Below are positions 1 through 12,967 of a stretch of DNA of 64,000 nucleotides, piece after piece; position 1 is the first letter of the stretch, and the number at the start of each line of letters is the position of its first letter. Source of the DNA: Lama guanicoe (lineage: Eukaryota). A program made the translations under genes and the position numbers. The notes under the pieces are model-generated. The model searched no databases. It saw nothing but the letters and a program-made list of their open reading frames with translations, and was not told the DNA's origin. The stretch is taken from contig MU056050.1 of the NCBI GenBank assembly GCA_013239625.1, positions 5,527,366-5,591,365 on the forward strand, given 5' to 3'.

Positions 1-331
1 ACGGCCTTTTGCCTATGATACCTACTTCTCCTCCATGTGGCCTCTTCATTCTTCAGAAGGCTGACCTGGGCTTCTTTACATGGTGAAGTGCTTGGTGCCA
101 AGAGCCACAAGAAAGAACCAGCTCCAAAGTTTTAAGTACTTTTCAGGCCTTGTGCTAGGGTCACAATTGCAAATATCACATTAGCTGATGGAGCGCACAT
201 AATCAAGCCAGATCTGAAGTGGCAGAGGAAATGACTCAACCGCCTGATGCAAATAACATCAGAGTTACTGTGCTAGGGGACACATGCAGGAGGATGAAAA
301 GAATGTGTGGCCAATTCGGGGATTTAGCACA
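1..331 (-). mobile_element. MLT1-type (ERVL-MaLR) solo LTR fragment, cut by the window edge
   Basis: Motifs ctctccatgtggcctct, gggcttctttacatgg, gactcaaccgcctgatg and gaatgtgtggccaatt resemble the reverse strand of old MLT1 LTRs. Confidence 0.6.
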
Positions 332-462
332 AAGAGAACAGTCATTTGCTGTTTCAAAGGTTTAAGGGAAACAGGCTCATGTCCTTCTGCACCTAGATCA
401 CCAGAGACTGGTACAACGACTGAACTGGAAGTAGAGGAGATTACGAGGGAAGTGGAGAGGGG

Positions 463-528
463 GAGAGAGAGAGAGAGAGAGAGAGAGAGTGTGTGTGTGT
501 GTGTATGTGTGTGTGTGTGTGTGTGTGT
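463..528. repeat. Compound (GA)n(GT)n microsatellite
   Basis: Directly visible; explains the ERER/CVCV/THTH ORFs at 265-595. Confidence 0.98.
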
Positions 529-999
529 AGGGAAGAGAAAACAGCTGTAGGAAAAGAGCACCCAACAACGTGAGCAGAAGAGATGGTGCTAGCATATCAC
601 CTTAAACACAGGACCAAGAGGTTTACATTTGATCGAGTTTTGTTGCCCATTTGGCTTACAAGAGAAGTAAAATAAAGTATTATTTAGGGAAGATGGAAAA
701 AAGTCAAGAATCTGGGTATTCCTAGGAGTGTCATGAAATTTTCATTAAAAGATCAAAAATAAAATTTCTTTTAATTCTCGTTAATATAAAACAATAACAT
801 CTGCTATTTGGCAGCCACAGGCCGGCGTGGGAGACACGGCATGAATTTAGATGCACGATAATAGAGCTTTGCTGGATCAGAATTCTTACCCAGCAGCAGT
901 GCATTCAGACTTGGATGTAATCATTCCATGGGGGTCATTTATTCGGTGCCCACTATGTGCCTAGGTATGTGTTAGTTTTTCTGTCAATCATGCAGCATA

Positions 1000-1230
1000 A
1001 TTTAGTGGAAATCTGAGGGCTCAAAGACACAGAGGATTGATGCCTGGTCTTCTCTCTCTTGCATACTAGCTATGACATATGGACACTCTTATTGATATTT
1101 TTATACTTCAGATTTCTCCTATGAAAATTGGAGAGATTATAACACTGTATCTCACAGGCTGTTGTGATTAATAAATAAAAAGATATACATAAAGCACTCA
1201 GCATGGGCACTACTGATAGTTGGTACTTCC
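1000..1230 (+). mobile_element. MIR SINE (decayed)
   Basis: MIR core-like cttcagatttctcctatgaaaattgg...ctcacaggctgttgtgatta...taaagcactcagca. Confidence 0.65.
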
Positions 1231-2049
1231 TAGTGTTAAGCTATACACAGAATAGAACAGTATCTCTCCTCACTTTTCTCACTCTCCCTGCCTGGGCCCA
1301 GGCACACAGGAATCCTCATATTAGCAATCACTGCAGGAATTCAGACCAAGACAAGTGCTCAAATGGACAAGGACAACTCAGATTTTTTTTTTCATTTCCC
1401 ATGGAAGAAGGAGAGAGTTAAGAAAGAAGTTGCTTGGAAATATGTTTCTTCTCCCCCACAAAAAGGTTTTTGAGACCTCTTTTCAAAAACAATTCAGTCT
1501 GTGTCCTTGAGACAGTTAATGAGATATGCTAATTTGGGATAAATAGGTCTGCTATGAATTCTAGATAAGAAAACATCTGCTTGACTCACTTTCGTTGTTT
1601 TCTAAGGAGGAAGTCAAGGTCTGAAGACAATAAGATATAAGGTATAACACACTGCCAAGAAGAAAACAATTTAAAACAATAATTATTTCTCAAGGCAAGC
1701 TCTAGAAGAAATAATGATTGTATCATACATCAAGCAAAGAAAGATGACTCCTGAATTTCCAGTAATGAGACCCAGGAAATGCAGACAAAGGGGTTAAAAA
1801 TGCCCTAACAACAAACAGTTAATTAGAACTGGAAAAGATCATGTTTGCCTGAATCAAACCATTCTAACCGAAGGGAGGGTACCTGTTTGTAACCAAGGTA
1901 CATGGCCCAAATTTAATTTTCTCATCACTGGGAAATATTTCAAAGAACATGAAATAATTTTTGTTTTAGTTTTGTTTTCTCTTTCTCTCTCTATACACAC
2001 ACACACAGAAATCCATTTCTCTGGAGAACCCTGATCAATACACTACCTT

Positions 2050-2520
2050 GCTTTTAGCTCCTATTTGCCTGGTACATCTTTTCATCATTTTATTTTCAAC
2101 TTTTTTCTATTATTTTAATTGTGTCTCTTATAGACAATGTGTTGTTGGTTTTGAAAAATCAGTTGAAGAATGTGTCTTTACATTGGTGAGTTTAGCCTAT
2201 TTATATTTATTGCAAATAATGTTGTACTAGACATTTTCCTCATTTTTCCATTTTCCTTTATTAGTATTCTATTTTCCTTTATTTCTAGTTTTTTTTTATT
2301 TTAACTATTGATATTTTAATTTCACATACTTGTTCCTAATGATCTTCATGTTCCTACTTTATAATATTAATAGTCTCCTTTACTGCTTTGAGGATATTTA
2401 TTATTCTTATTATAAACTCTTGGTTCCTTTCTTCCAATAATTCTTCCTTGTGTGGCATGTTTTCTTCACTTATTTGTCTTCCTATTATGGTATTTTTACT
2501 CCTCAGGTATCTAGTTATTT
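2050..2520 (-). mobile_element. Old L1M fragment (around the ORF2 start, antisense), preceded by a short MLT2-like end at about 2010-2042
   Basis: T-rich antisense L1 signature tgtgtctcttatagacaatgtgttgttgg; ttctctggagaaccctgatcaataca resembles the MLT2 terminus. Confidence 0.5.
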
Positions 2521-4781
2521 TGGCCTTTGAATTCTTTATCCCACAGAGATATAATCTACTCTGTCTGGGGTAGGGCCAAATTCCAAGTAAGTTTGTATCC
2601 CATCTGTTACATTAAATGATAGTGAATATGTACCAAGAAAGAGTGCCTACACCAGGCACAACAGAACCATTATTAAACATATCTATCTGCTGTCACTTCA
2701 CTACACAACCACTCCAGTTTTGAGAATAAGCAATGCTAAAAGTGGCAATCTCCTGAGTCTAGGATCCATGAGCTCTGAATTTGGTGGATAATAGGGTGAA
2801 GGAATGAACGCCCTACACTGACTGGTCAGTCTGCACTTGTTCATCTTGTTCATACCAACTTCTTACATACCAGTAGATCTTTACACTGCCCTGACATTAA
2901 CTCATGGGCACCAGAAGACTCTGGGCTGTTACTGCCAAATTCTATGGCAAAAGATAGGCAGTGATCAGTCTAAGGCGATGCAGAGAAGAGGTAAGAGGAT
3001 ACAAAAGCTCTCACTCAAAACATTCCCTCACTGTTGTACCTGGCTAATCTATGAGGCAGGCTGAAATAATCTACACACACAGACACAGACATATACAGAG
3101 TTCTTGACAAATTTTGGCCTTCCCAGAGCTTTTGTATTAATAGCGCCAATCCATCTTCCTTATTTGTTTTTGTGTTTCTAGAAAATGGAAACCCAGAGCT
3201 CTGTTAGTTCACAATTCTTTCAGGAATTACACGTTGTCATTCTCAAATGTCACCTCGCGGTGATGTGCACACTATAGGAAAACTGTGATGGAGTAGGGAG
3301 ATGCTAGTAAGCTCACCTCCTCTCACTAGCAGACCCAAATCTGAAGAACAATCACCCACGTACAAGAACGGAACCTAGCAGAACAGAACTACAATTAAAG
3401 AAGAAACTAAACAAGGAAGGAACTAAAACAAGATGTTTAGACGGGAAGGACTTGGGATTTAATCAGATCCCATAACCCTTAGGCAGGCAACCTGCAAACT
3501 GGAGAACATACTGCAGAGGTAAACCCACAGAAGTCAGAGTTCCAGGCCCTATGTCAGACTCCCCACCCAAGGGGTCCAGCATGGGTAAGATGAGTCCCAG
3601 GAACACTCGGGTTTGAAGGCCATTGGGGCTTGATTTCTGGAACTCCAAAGTACTGGGGAGAATAGAGACTAAGCACTTAAAGGGCACACACAAAATCTCA
3701 TGCACACCGGGACGAAAGCAGTAATTTGATAGTAGCCTGGAGCAGACCTACTTGCTGGTCTTGGAGAGTCTTCTGGGGAGGTAGAGGCAGCTGTGTATCA
3801 CCCTCGGGACATAGATTGGTGGCAGACATATTTGGGAACATTTAACTGCGTGAACACTGCTGCTTCTGATGGCTGACATCTCATCTCATCCCTAACAAGA
3901 CCTGGCCCAACCGAACAGCCTATAGGTACCAGTGCCTGAGGTGCCTCAGGCCAAACAACTAACTGCCAAGGGACACAGCCCCACCCATCAACAGACAGGC
4001 CACCTAAGGATTTCCTGAGCTCTAGACAGGGCCTTGTAAACCAGAGAGCCAAGACCCAGCTCCAGCCACCAGTGGGCAGGCATAAGCCCCTACCACCAAG
4101 AAGCCTGGACAAGCCTCTAGACCAGCCTCCACGACCTGAGGAAGACACCATAAGCAAAAAAATTACAGCCTGCAAATAGAGTCCATAACACAGGCCAGAC
4201 CCTACCTCGGGAGTAGCTGGGCCCTGTCCCTGCCTACTAGAATAATTTTCAGGACACTTTGGGCCCCACACATAACTTTGGTAGGAAACAATCCCCCGCT
4301 ACCAATACTCTGACAAACTCTGGGATCACTGGGCCCTGCAGTCAGATTCTAGTGCCAGAAGTCCAGCACTAACCCCAGAATCTGCCTTAACTTACCAGAG
4401 GGTGGACAACAGCCCCAGAGTCTCTGGACCTTCATTCCAATCACCAGTGAGCTAGCACTAGCCCCAGGGACATGTAAGATTCAACAACCAGCCACCTCAT
4501 GACCAAGTTCCACTAAACAGAGCTGGCAGCGTCTCCACAAGGTGGACGGCCTGGCAACCAACCAGACTAGGGTCTATCCAAGCCAACCACGCTGCCGACA
4601 TAGAGAACCCAACACAACAGCCCTCTTCGGGTGAACCCTTAGAGCCTATAGCTTGGGTGACAAGATGGGAGTGCACTACTGGGACACAGAGGACATCTAC
4701 TACAGAAGGCCACCTCCTCAAGGTTGAGAAATGTAATTAACCTGCCACATACATAAAAATGTAAGTAGCAACTTAGACAAA

Positions 4782-5650
4782 ATGATGTGGCAGAACAATA
4801 CGTTCCAGTAGAAGGAACACGATAAAACCCTAGAATAACTAAGTGAAGTGGAGATAGGCAATGTACCTGAGAAAGAGCTCAGAGTAATATGATTAAAGAA
4901 CTTGGGAGAATGCATGGGTGCACAGAGTGAGAAGTTATGTTATTAAAAAGGAGTTCAAGAATAAAAAGGACAATCAGAGATGAAGAATACAATAACTAAA
5001 ATGAAAAATACACTAGAAGGAATCAAGAGTAGACTAAATTATACAGAAAAATGGATCAGTGAGATAGAAGACAGAGGAATGGAAATTACTAACACTGAAC
5101 ATAAAAAATAAAAAGAAATATGAGGACAGTACACTGAACAGAAAAAATAAAAAGAAATATGAGGACAGTACAAGAGACCTTGGGGATAATACCAAATTCC
5201 TTAATATTAGCGAGATAGTGGTCCAAGAAAGAGAGAGAGAAAGGGCCTGAGAAAATATTTGAAGAGATAATAGCTGAAAACTTCCCAAACCTGGGAAAGG
5301 AAACAGTCACCAAAGTCCAGAGTCCTGTACAGGATTAACCAAAAAAGAAACACACCAAGACACATGGTAATAAAAATTACAGAAATTAAAGATAAAGGGA
5401 GACTACTAGAAGCAGGAAGGGAGAAGCAACAAATAGCACAAAAGGGAACTCCCATAAGGCTATCAGCTGATTTTCGAGGAGAAACACTGTAGGCCATAAG
5501 GGAGTGGCACAACATATTTAAAGTGATAAAAGGGAAAATTCTACAACCAAGAGTAATCTACATAGCAAAGCTCTCATTCAGATTTGATGGAGAAATTAAA
5601 AGCTTTACAGACAAGCAAAGCTAAAAGAATTCAGCAACATCAAATCAGTA
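4782..5650 (+). pseudogene. L1 ORF1p remnant (RNA-binding protein), disrupted
   Basis: ORF1-like motifs atttgaagagataatagctgaaaacttcccaaacctg (FEEIIAENFPNL), cccataaggctatcagctgattt (PIRLSADF) and ctaaaagaattcagc (LKEFS); in-frame stops. Confidence 0.85.
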
Positions 5651-5877
5651 AAAGTAAGAATAAAGGTAAGAAATCACCCCCACCCAAAGCTAGTAGGGAG
5701 GTTAAAAGACATAAGTAGTAAAATAACATGTATACACAATAATCAGTTGTGGGATACATAAAACAATTAGATGTAAAATATGATATCAAAGAGTAATCAT
5801 GAGGGGAAGAGAGTACAAATGCAGAGTTTTTTAAATGTATTTGAAATTAAGAGATCAGCAACTTAAAACAATCATTC

Positions 5878-5925
5878 ATATATATAGATATATAGATATA
5901 GATACAGATATAGATATAGATAGAG
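5878..5925. repeat. (ATATAG)n-type microsatellite in the L1 inter-ORF region
   Basis: Directly visible. Confidence 0.9.
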
Positions 5926-6112
5926 CATGCTAAACAAAACCCTAATGGTAACTGCAAGCCAAAAATCTATAACAGATATACAAACAAAAAAAGAAAAAGG
6001 AATCCAAACATAACACTATACTTAGTCATCAAATCTCAAGAGAGGAGAACAAATGATGAAAGGTGGGAAGAAAAAAAACACCTACAAAGACACATCCAAA
6101 TCAATGAACAAA

Positions 6113-8420
6113 ATGGCAATCAGATCATACTTGTTGATAATTAACTTAAATGTAAATTGAATAAAAGATCCAGACAAAAGACACAGACTGGATAAATGGA
6201 TTAAAAAAAAAAAAGACCTGTATATTTGCATCCTAGAAGAGACCCTCTTTAGATCCAGAGAAACATACAAACTGAAAGTGAGGGGATAGAAAAAAGGTAT
6301 TCCATGCAAACGGAAATCAAAATAAAACAGGAGTAGCAATATTTATATCAGACGTAATAGACCTAAAAATAAAGACTATTACAAGAGACAAAGAAGGACA
6401 CTACATAATGATCAACGGATCAATCCAAGAAGAAGATATAACAATTGCGAATACAGATGCATCCAACATAGGAGCACCTAAATATAGAAGGCAAATATTA
6501 ATAGACATAAAAGAAGAAAGTAACAGTAAGACAAAAATAGTAGGAGACTTTAACACTCCATTGCATCAATGGACAGATCATCCAGACAGAAAATCAATAA
6601 AGAAAAAGGCCATAAATAACACTTTAGACTAAATGGACTTAATTGATATTTATATAACATTCCATCTGAAAGCAGCAAAATACGTATTCTTTTCAAGCAC
6701 ACATGAAACATTCTCCAGGACAAATCACATGCCTCAGATCCAGGACACACAACAAGCCTCAGTAAATTTAATAAAATTGAAATCATGTCAAGCATTTTTT
6801 CTGAACCCAACACTATAAAACTAGAAATCAATGACAAGGGAAAAAAAACAAAAAACAGACAGACAAAAAAAATCCAAACAAACAAACAAACAAAAACCCC
6901 AAAACATACACACACAGAGGTTAAAAAATATGCTACTAAACTACCAATGGGTCGATGAACAAATCAAAGAGGACATAAAAAAATACATAGAGACAAAGTA
7001 AAATGGAAACATGATGATCCAAATCCTATGGGACATAGCCAAAGCAGGACTAAGAGAGAACTTTATAGTGATACAAGCTTCCCTCAGGAAACAAGAAAAA
7101 CTCAAATAAACAAACATTACACATAAATGAACTAGAGAAAGAAGAACAAACAAAAACCAAAATCATTAGAAGGAAAGTAATCTTAAGTATCAAAGCAGAA
7201 ATAAATGAAAAGAGACTAAGAAACAAACAATAGAAAAGATCAATAAAACTAAAGGCTACTGGGGAGGGTATAACTCAGTGATAGAGTCCATTCCTAGCAT
7301 GCACAACGTCCTGGGTTTAATAGCAGTATCTCCATTAAAAAATAAATAAGTAAATAAACCTTATTACCTCCCCCCCCAATATAAATGAATAAATAAGTAA
7401 AACTAAAGGATGGTTCTTTGAAAAGATAAACAAAATTGGTAAACCTCTGGCCAAAACTCATCAAGAAAAAAGGGAGAGGACAGAAATAAACTGAGAAATG
7501 AAAAGGGAGAAGTTACAACTGACACCACAGAAATACAAAAGAAAAAGAAAAAAAAGAGAGAGAGAGACTACTATGAGCAACTATACATCAATAAAATGCA
7601 CAATATAGAAAAAATGGACACATTCTTAGAAAGGTAAAATCTCCTAAGACTAAACCAGGAAGAAACAGAAAATATAAATAAACCAATTATCAGTACATAA
7701 AGTGAATCAGGAATTTTAAAACTAAACACACACAAGTCCAGAAGCTTATCACTTCACAGGTGAATTCTACCAAACATTTAGAGAAGAGTTAACACCTGTC
7801 CTCTGAAATTACTCCAAAATTGTAGAGGAAGGCACACTTCTAAATTCATTCTATGAGGGCACATAACCCTGATACCAAAACTAGACAAAGATATCACACA
7901 AAAAAAGAAAATTGCAGGCCAGCATCACTAATGAATGTAGATGTAAAAATCCTCAACAAATTACTAGCAATGTGAATCCAACAATACATTAAAATGATCA
8001 TACACTGTGATCAACTAGGATTTAACCAAGGAATGCAAGGATTTCCAATATCCACAAATCAATGTGATAAATCACATTAACAAATTGAAGAAAATCAATG
8101 ATCATCTCAATAGATGCAAAAAAAGCTTTTGATGAAACTCAATATCCATTTATGATTAGAACTTTGAGAAAGTGGGCATACAAGGAACATACCTCAAAAT
8201 AATAAAGGCCATATATAACAAACACACAACTAACATTATACTGAAAGGTGAATAACTGAAAGCATTTCCTCTGAGATCAGGAACAAGACAAGGATGCACA
8301 CTCTCACCACTTTAATTCAACATAGGTTTGGAAGTCCTAGCCACAGCAACCAGAGAAGAAAAAGAAATAAAAGGAATACAAATTGTAATGGAGGAAGTGA
8401 AACTGTCAAACTTTATTCCC
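6113..8420 (+). pseudogene. L1 ORF2p remnant (APE endonuclease plus N-terminal RT), disrupted and truncated
   Basis: ORF-track peptides at 6408-6632 and 6633-6818 match L1 endonuclease motifs; SIDAKKAFD-like and SGTRQGCTLSPL-like RT motifs at about 8100-8310. Confidence 0.9.
7261..7397 (+). mobile_element. tRNA-Ala-derived SINE (camelid Vic-1-like) nested in L1 ORF2
   Basis: Head ggggagggtataactcagtgatagag...tagcatgcacaacgtcctgggttt resembles tRNA-Ala(AGC); A-rich tail; TSD taaaactaaagg at 7244-7255 and 7398-7409, with L1 sequence continuous across it. Confidence 0.88.
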
Positions 8421-8429
8421 AGATACCAC

Positions 8430-9110
8430 ATCTTCTTCAATTGTATTTATTGCAAATTTATTTAACCATATTGTATCTTTTTTAAAACCAAATCTGTGCT
8501 TTATTTTGATAAAAAGAGGGTCTTCTTGATTTTATTGTAGTCAAATTTATCTGTGTTTTCCTTTATGGACAGAGCTTTTAATATCTTTAAAAGTTCCTTT
8601 AATGAGGTATTCAAATACTCTCTTCCATCATCTTCAAAATATTTTTAGTTTTGCATTCCATATTTAATTTTTGTATAGTATATACTATAATCCTAGAGGT
8701 TAGGATCCATTTTCATATTTTCCTATCACATGGATAACCAAAACTCTTTCATTTATTCACTGAGCTGCAGTTTCAACAATGTCATAAAGCATATCTATTC
8801 TATTCCACTGGCTTGTCTATCAGAGAAAATACCACATGATTTTCATGAATATATTTGATAATATGTCTTGATACCATATGGTATAAGTCCCTTACACATT
8901 TTTCTTCTTCAGGAATGTCTTGGTTATTCTTTGCCCTTTGTTTTTACATACATGTTTTAGAATCTTTTTGTCAGCTTCTCGAAAAACCTTCAGGGTAATT
9001 TTGACTGGGATGTCACTGCATTTATAAATGATTGTTGGGAAGCTGGTAAGTTTACAATATGGAGTCTTCCTTCCCAAGAACATGATACATTTATCTATTT
9101 CTTTTCATCA
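8430..9110 (-). mobile_element. Old L1M (L1ME/L1MC-like) ORF2 3' fragment
   Basis: The minus-strand ORF at 8892-9083 (FPTIIYKCSDIPVKI...ADKKILK) is a decayed L1 ORF2 C-terminal peptide. Confidence 0.75.
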
Positions 9111-9279
9111 TCAAGGTGACAATATTTTGGTAAGGACTCCTTGATCGCCCTCTTCATTCTTTCGGTTTTACCCAGATTTTCTATCAACTACTGGTCTTCG
9201 TTTAGTTTTGAACCTTAGAGTTCTGTTTGTATGCCTTACTCCTCTACCCCCCCAAAATTAATCAAAGACAATTAGTAAA

Positions 9280-9760
9280 AGATGAATATTATAATATTCC
9301 AGTTCCCTTTTATATTTCAATGTTATTACTTAAAGCAGTTAGGTGTTTTCTTTAAACGCACTTGAAACTGAATTATCTCTGAACCTGTGCCTACTGCTCA
9401 TTCTGGTGTGAGGCCCACTCTCAGAGATAGAGAAGGCAGAAAGATGATAAGAACTAAGAAGTCATTTCTACTTTGTTTCTGTCAACTTCCAGCATCAGAT
9501 CCTCCTTGCTCTGCTCTTACTTGAGGCATAAATTTTAAAGCCCTTTTATTAATCTTAGCCATTTGTGTAAGCCCACATTCACTATGAATCTTAGTCTTTC
9601 TGCTTCTAGTCTTATACATCATGCTATTAATATAATACTTCTTGGTTATTTAGCTTTTTCTTCTTCATTTGAATTGCTTATGTTAATAATTACACCATTG
9701 GGTATTTTCCCCACTAAGTCTCGTCCTTCTTGGTTGCAGAAAATGGGAGTCAGATATATA
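9280..9760 (-). mobile_element. L3/CR1 LINE ORF2 relic
   Basis: aaagcccttttattaatcttagccatttgtgtaagcccacattcactatgaatcttagtctttctg resembles antisense L3/CR1 ORF2 (recalled). Confidence 0.45.
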
Positions 9761-11387
9761 TTTTCTTTGAACATTTTAACTGTACTTTTCTATATTTAGG
9801 GTTCATATCACAGCATCCTGCATCAGGAGCAGATGTTCAGCATTTGAGTGGAGCAGAATGAAGGACTGTCTCAAGGAGAGAGTAGTCAGAACTGCAGATG
9901 CAGGCAAGAGACTGCGGACCCAAGATAGTGATGTACCTGGGAATGAAAGAACTTGATCACAGAAAAAACTGCCTTTATTCTCAATTTTGCTTCAGGCTGC
10001 CCTGATGGGAAAATCTCCTTCTAAAACTGTACCCTCACTAAAGAATGCATCCAGTTACTTGGGTTTAAACTATATCATGGGAAATTGTCATGTCAGATTG
10101 TATTCCTAAGTAGAGCTACATGCTTCAATTCAGATTGTAGAGGTAGCTCTGTAGTCTAACGCTGTCAGGCAGTAGCCTCTGGCTATCCTGACAATTTGGA
10201 TCGTAGAACCACATCGACATTCTGAAAAGAAGTAAGAAAATGCATTCCCGTTATCTTTTCTTAGCTATCTAAAATGCTACTTCAGGTAGATAGGAAGTTC
10301 AGGTCTCCATACTCCAGTGCTGGTTCCTCAGCATCCTTTTCTCCTTCTGCATATAGAAGTACTGCTTATTTTGACCTAATCTGATTTGCTGTATTCCAGA
10401 AAATATACTATTAGTAAGATTCATTCATGGGATGAGATGCCAGAAAATAAAAGGAAATTGTACTATTTTTCTTTCCATGAGGTCTCATCTCATTTCACAT
10501 TTTCAGAGAGTGCGAAACTCAATTCACTGTACCTTCCATACTTCTGTCTACATTTTGCCTGATCTTGTCTCCTTCATTAGTATTCCCTCTATTGTAACTT
10601 GAAGAGAGAATACAAGTAAATAGGATACTGGAGCCAAAAAAAAAACAGCGGAAGCAAGAAGATGCTGTAGGATTGAGAGTAACTGAGGAAGGCTAGAACT
10701 ATTCATTCGCTACCTGTTTCATCTCAGTTTTTATTGTTATCAGGAGTTTTCAAACTTTGTTCCAAAGATATCCCAAACCCTAGGGAGAGTCTTAGAGTTC
10801 CAATACCTGAAAAAAAATACTGGAGTTCCAATATCTCTGTGGTTTTAATTTTAAAAATAATAGAAATTTGCTTATTCATTTAATAACAATATATTGTGTA
10901 CCTACAATACATCAGGCACGATTGTGGAGATAACGTGAAGAGTACCAAGGACCTGGAACGGTGATCCACGATAATTATTCCAAACTGCTTAAAATACTGC
11001 TCATTTCTACTGACTCCTAAAAAAAAAAAAAGGACACCCACTTTGACTCAGATCATGTATGAACTGAGGGCACATTCCTGCTATGGCATTTGGATAACTA
11101 AATGTCTGAGTCATAGGTCTGGAAGTAATCCAACTAGCTCCCTATGCCTAGGATTACAACTCATATATGCTTGTTTCAGGTCAAAAGCTCTCGGGTTCTG
11201 TGATTTTCACTTAACTCTTATTGATGCTACTGATATTTTCATCTTCATAGTGCAAAATTAACACAGTAGGGCCCCTTTATAAATCTGGTGTCTGGAAACA
11301 ATATAAGTATTAGTCTTATAAGTTATTCAAATTCAGAATGTTGCCTGTGGAGAGACATGATTGAACCTACTCACTAATGATAATAGA

Positions 11388-11388
<1 letters not shown>

Positions 11389-11439
<51 letters not shown>
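11389..11439. repeat. (ATT)17 microsatellite
   Basis: Directly visible perfect trinucleotide run. Confidence 0.98.
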
Positions 11440-11489
11440 TTATAATGGTGTTATAAATTTTTAAAGATCAATTTTGAAAATTAAATAAT

Positions 11490-11622
11490 TCTTTTTTCCT
11501 GAACAATAGTTGATTTTTAAGAATATACTAGTTTCAGGTGTACAACACAGTAGTTCAATATTTTATAGATTATACCCCACTTAAGGTTATCATAAAATAT
11601 TGGCTTTATTTTCTGTGCTGTA
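11490..11622 (-). mobile_element. Short L1 3'UTR-end fragment
   Basis: tagtttcaggtgtacaacacagtagttcaatattttatagattatac is the antisense L1 3' terminus. Confidence 0.7.
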
Positions 11623-12619
11623 GCCCCTTTTGAGATATCTAAATATATATTTTAAAACTTGATAGGATCTTTGGCACCAAAAATTTAGTGAATAATTCAA
11701 AGCATCTATTATGTCATGACATCAGTGACATGGTGAGGTGATCTTTCACTTCTATTTAAAAAAAGTAACCCGAAGATATATATTTGTTCCCCTCTGCTAT
11801 ATCAGTCAATCAGAGAACTGGTATCTTTCCATATGCAGAAATAATACATTGTCATTGCTGTAGCTGAAAATATTAAAATTTAAATTACATTCTACCCTGC
11901 TGTCAAGATTGTATTAACCAAACTTAAATATACAAAAAAATGACAGTACAATAAAATACACAGTATGATAAATCACTAAGCTTCTCTTTTTCATATATGT
12001 GGAGAGAGGGCTGAATTAAGGGCTTGAATCTCCCTGCTCAAACTTGTCTCAACGTCCTAACATTTGTAGTAAAGGGAGGGGGGATTTAAATTAGCACCCA
12101 ATTCTTCCCTTAGAATACATTTCTTGCCCAGACAGAAGTTTTCTTCACAGTAGCACTGAAATCAATTTAAAATTTATATTCACCATAGGCCAAATTGGGG
12201 GTGGGAACGGGGTGGGTACAGAAGAATTTAACTGAACAGTAGTTCTAAGAGCCGAATATCCAGAGTCACACTGATTAAGGGACTGGAATTGGATCTAGGT
12301 GTTCAGAGGTGTCAGTATTTTCTCCAAAACCAGAAATACAGCAGCAAAGGCTAACTCACTTCCCTTCCACTCATGATCATAATGGGAAATTTTAAAGTAC
12401 ATCATGGCAGATCTGTAATGTCTCTGAAACCTGGTAAATTGGCACTGTTCCTCACAAGCCAAAAAAAATATCACTTTCATGCCTACGAAGGTAAAATACT
12501 TTCCTTAATATATTCAAAACATATTTAAGGAGAACCTGCTATGTGTGTGGTACTGATCTATTTGCCAAGAGAGCATATATAAATAACACTGATAAATACC
12601 ATAATCACCACAGTTCACA

Positions 12620-12830
12620 ACTCATATTATGCTTACTATGGGCATTCTGATAGGTGGCTTATATGTAATCTTTCATTTAATTCTCATAGTGGGCTTACAA
12701 TTATTACTATTATTTTAACAACGAGGCACATGGACTGGCTGAAGTGAGTGATTTTCTCACAGGTACAGATGCAGTAAGTAGTAAACCTCAGATTTAAAAC
12801 CAGATAGTCTACTTCAGAGTCCACACTCTC
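12620..12830 (-). mobile_element. MIR SINE within an L2 fragment
   Basis: tcatttaattctcat...attttaacaacgaggcaca...gtaagtagtaaacctcagatttaaaaccag. Confidence 0.6.
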
Positions 12831-12967
12831 AGGGAATTTATAGTCTAGCTGGAGGGGACAGACATTAAAACATAAGTAAATGCATTAATCAACAAGACTG
12901 TATCAGCTAACAATAACTGTTATAAAGGAAATAAAAGAGGATAATGAATTAAAGATTGGCCAGTGGG

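Larger units (their letters stand above)
3286..8420 (+). mobile_element. Decayed LINE-1 with 5'UTR, ORF1, inter-ORF spacer and 5' part of ORF2; 3' part missing
   Basis: 5'UTR start gatggagtagggagatg...gctcacctcctctcac; ORF1-like start at 4782; ORF2-like ATG at 6113; endonuclease peptides MINGSIQEEDITI, IVGDFNTPL and MDLIDIY; RT region ends at EEVKLS, just before FADD; A-rich plus strand with many stops and frameshifts. Confidence 0.95.

Noticed and set aside
2580..3060. Possible ancient retroelement coding relic or processed pseudogene
   Set aside because: I could not match any frame to a known protein or repeat; a profile-HMM search would be needed.
3463..5515. Several minus-strand ORFs up to 157 aa (possible ORF0-like product)
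   Set aside because: They are antisense to a decayed L1 5'UTR/ORF1 with no recognisable domain. ORF0 is described for primate L1.
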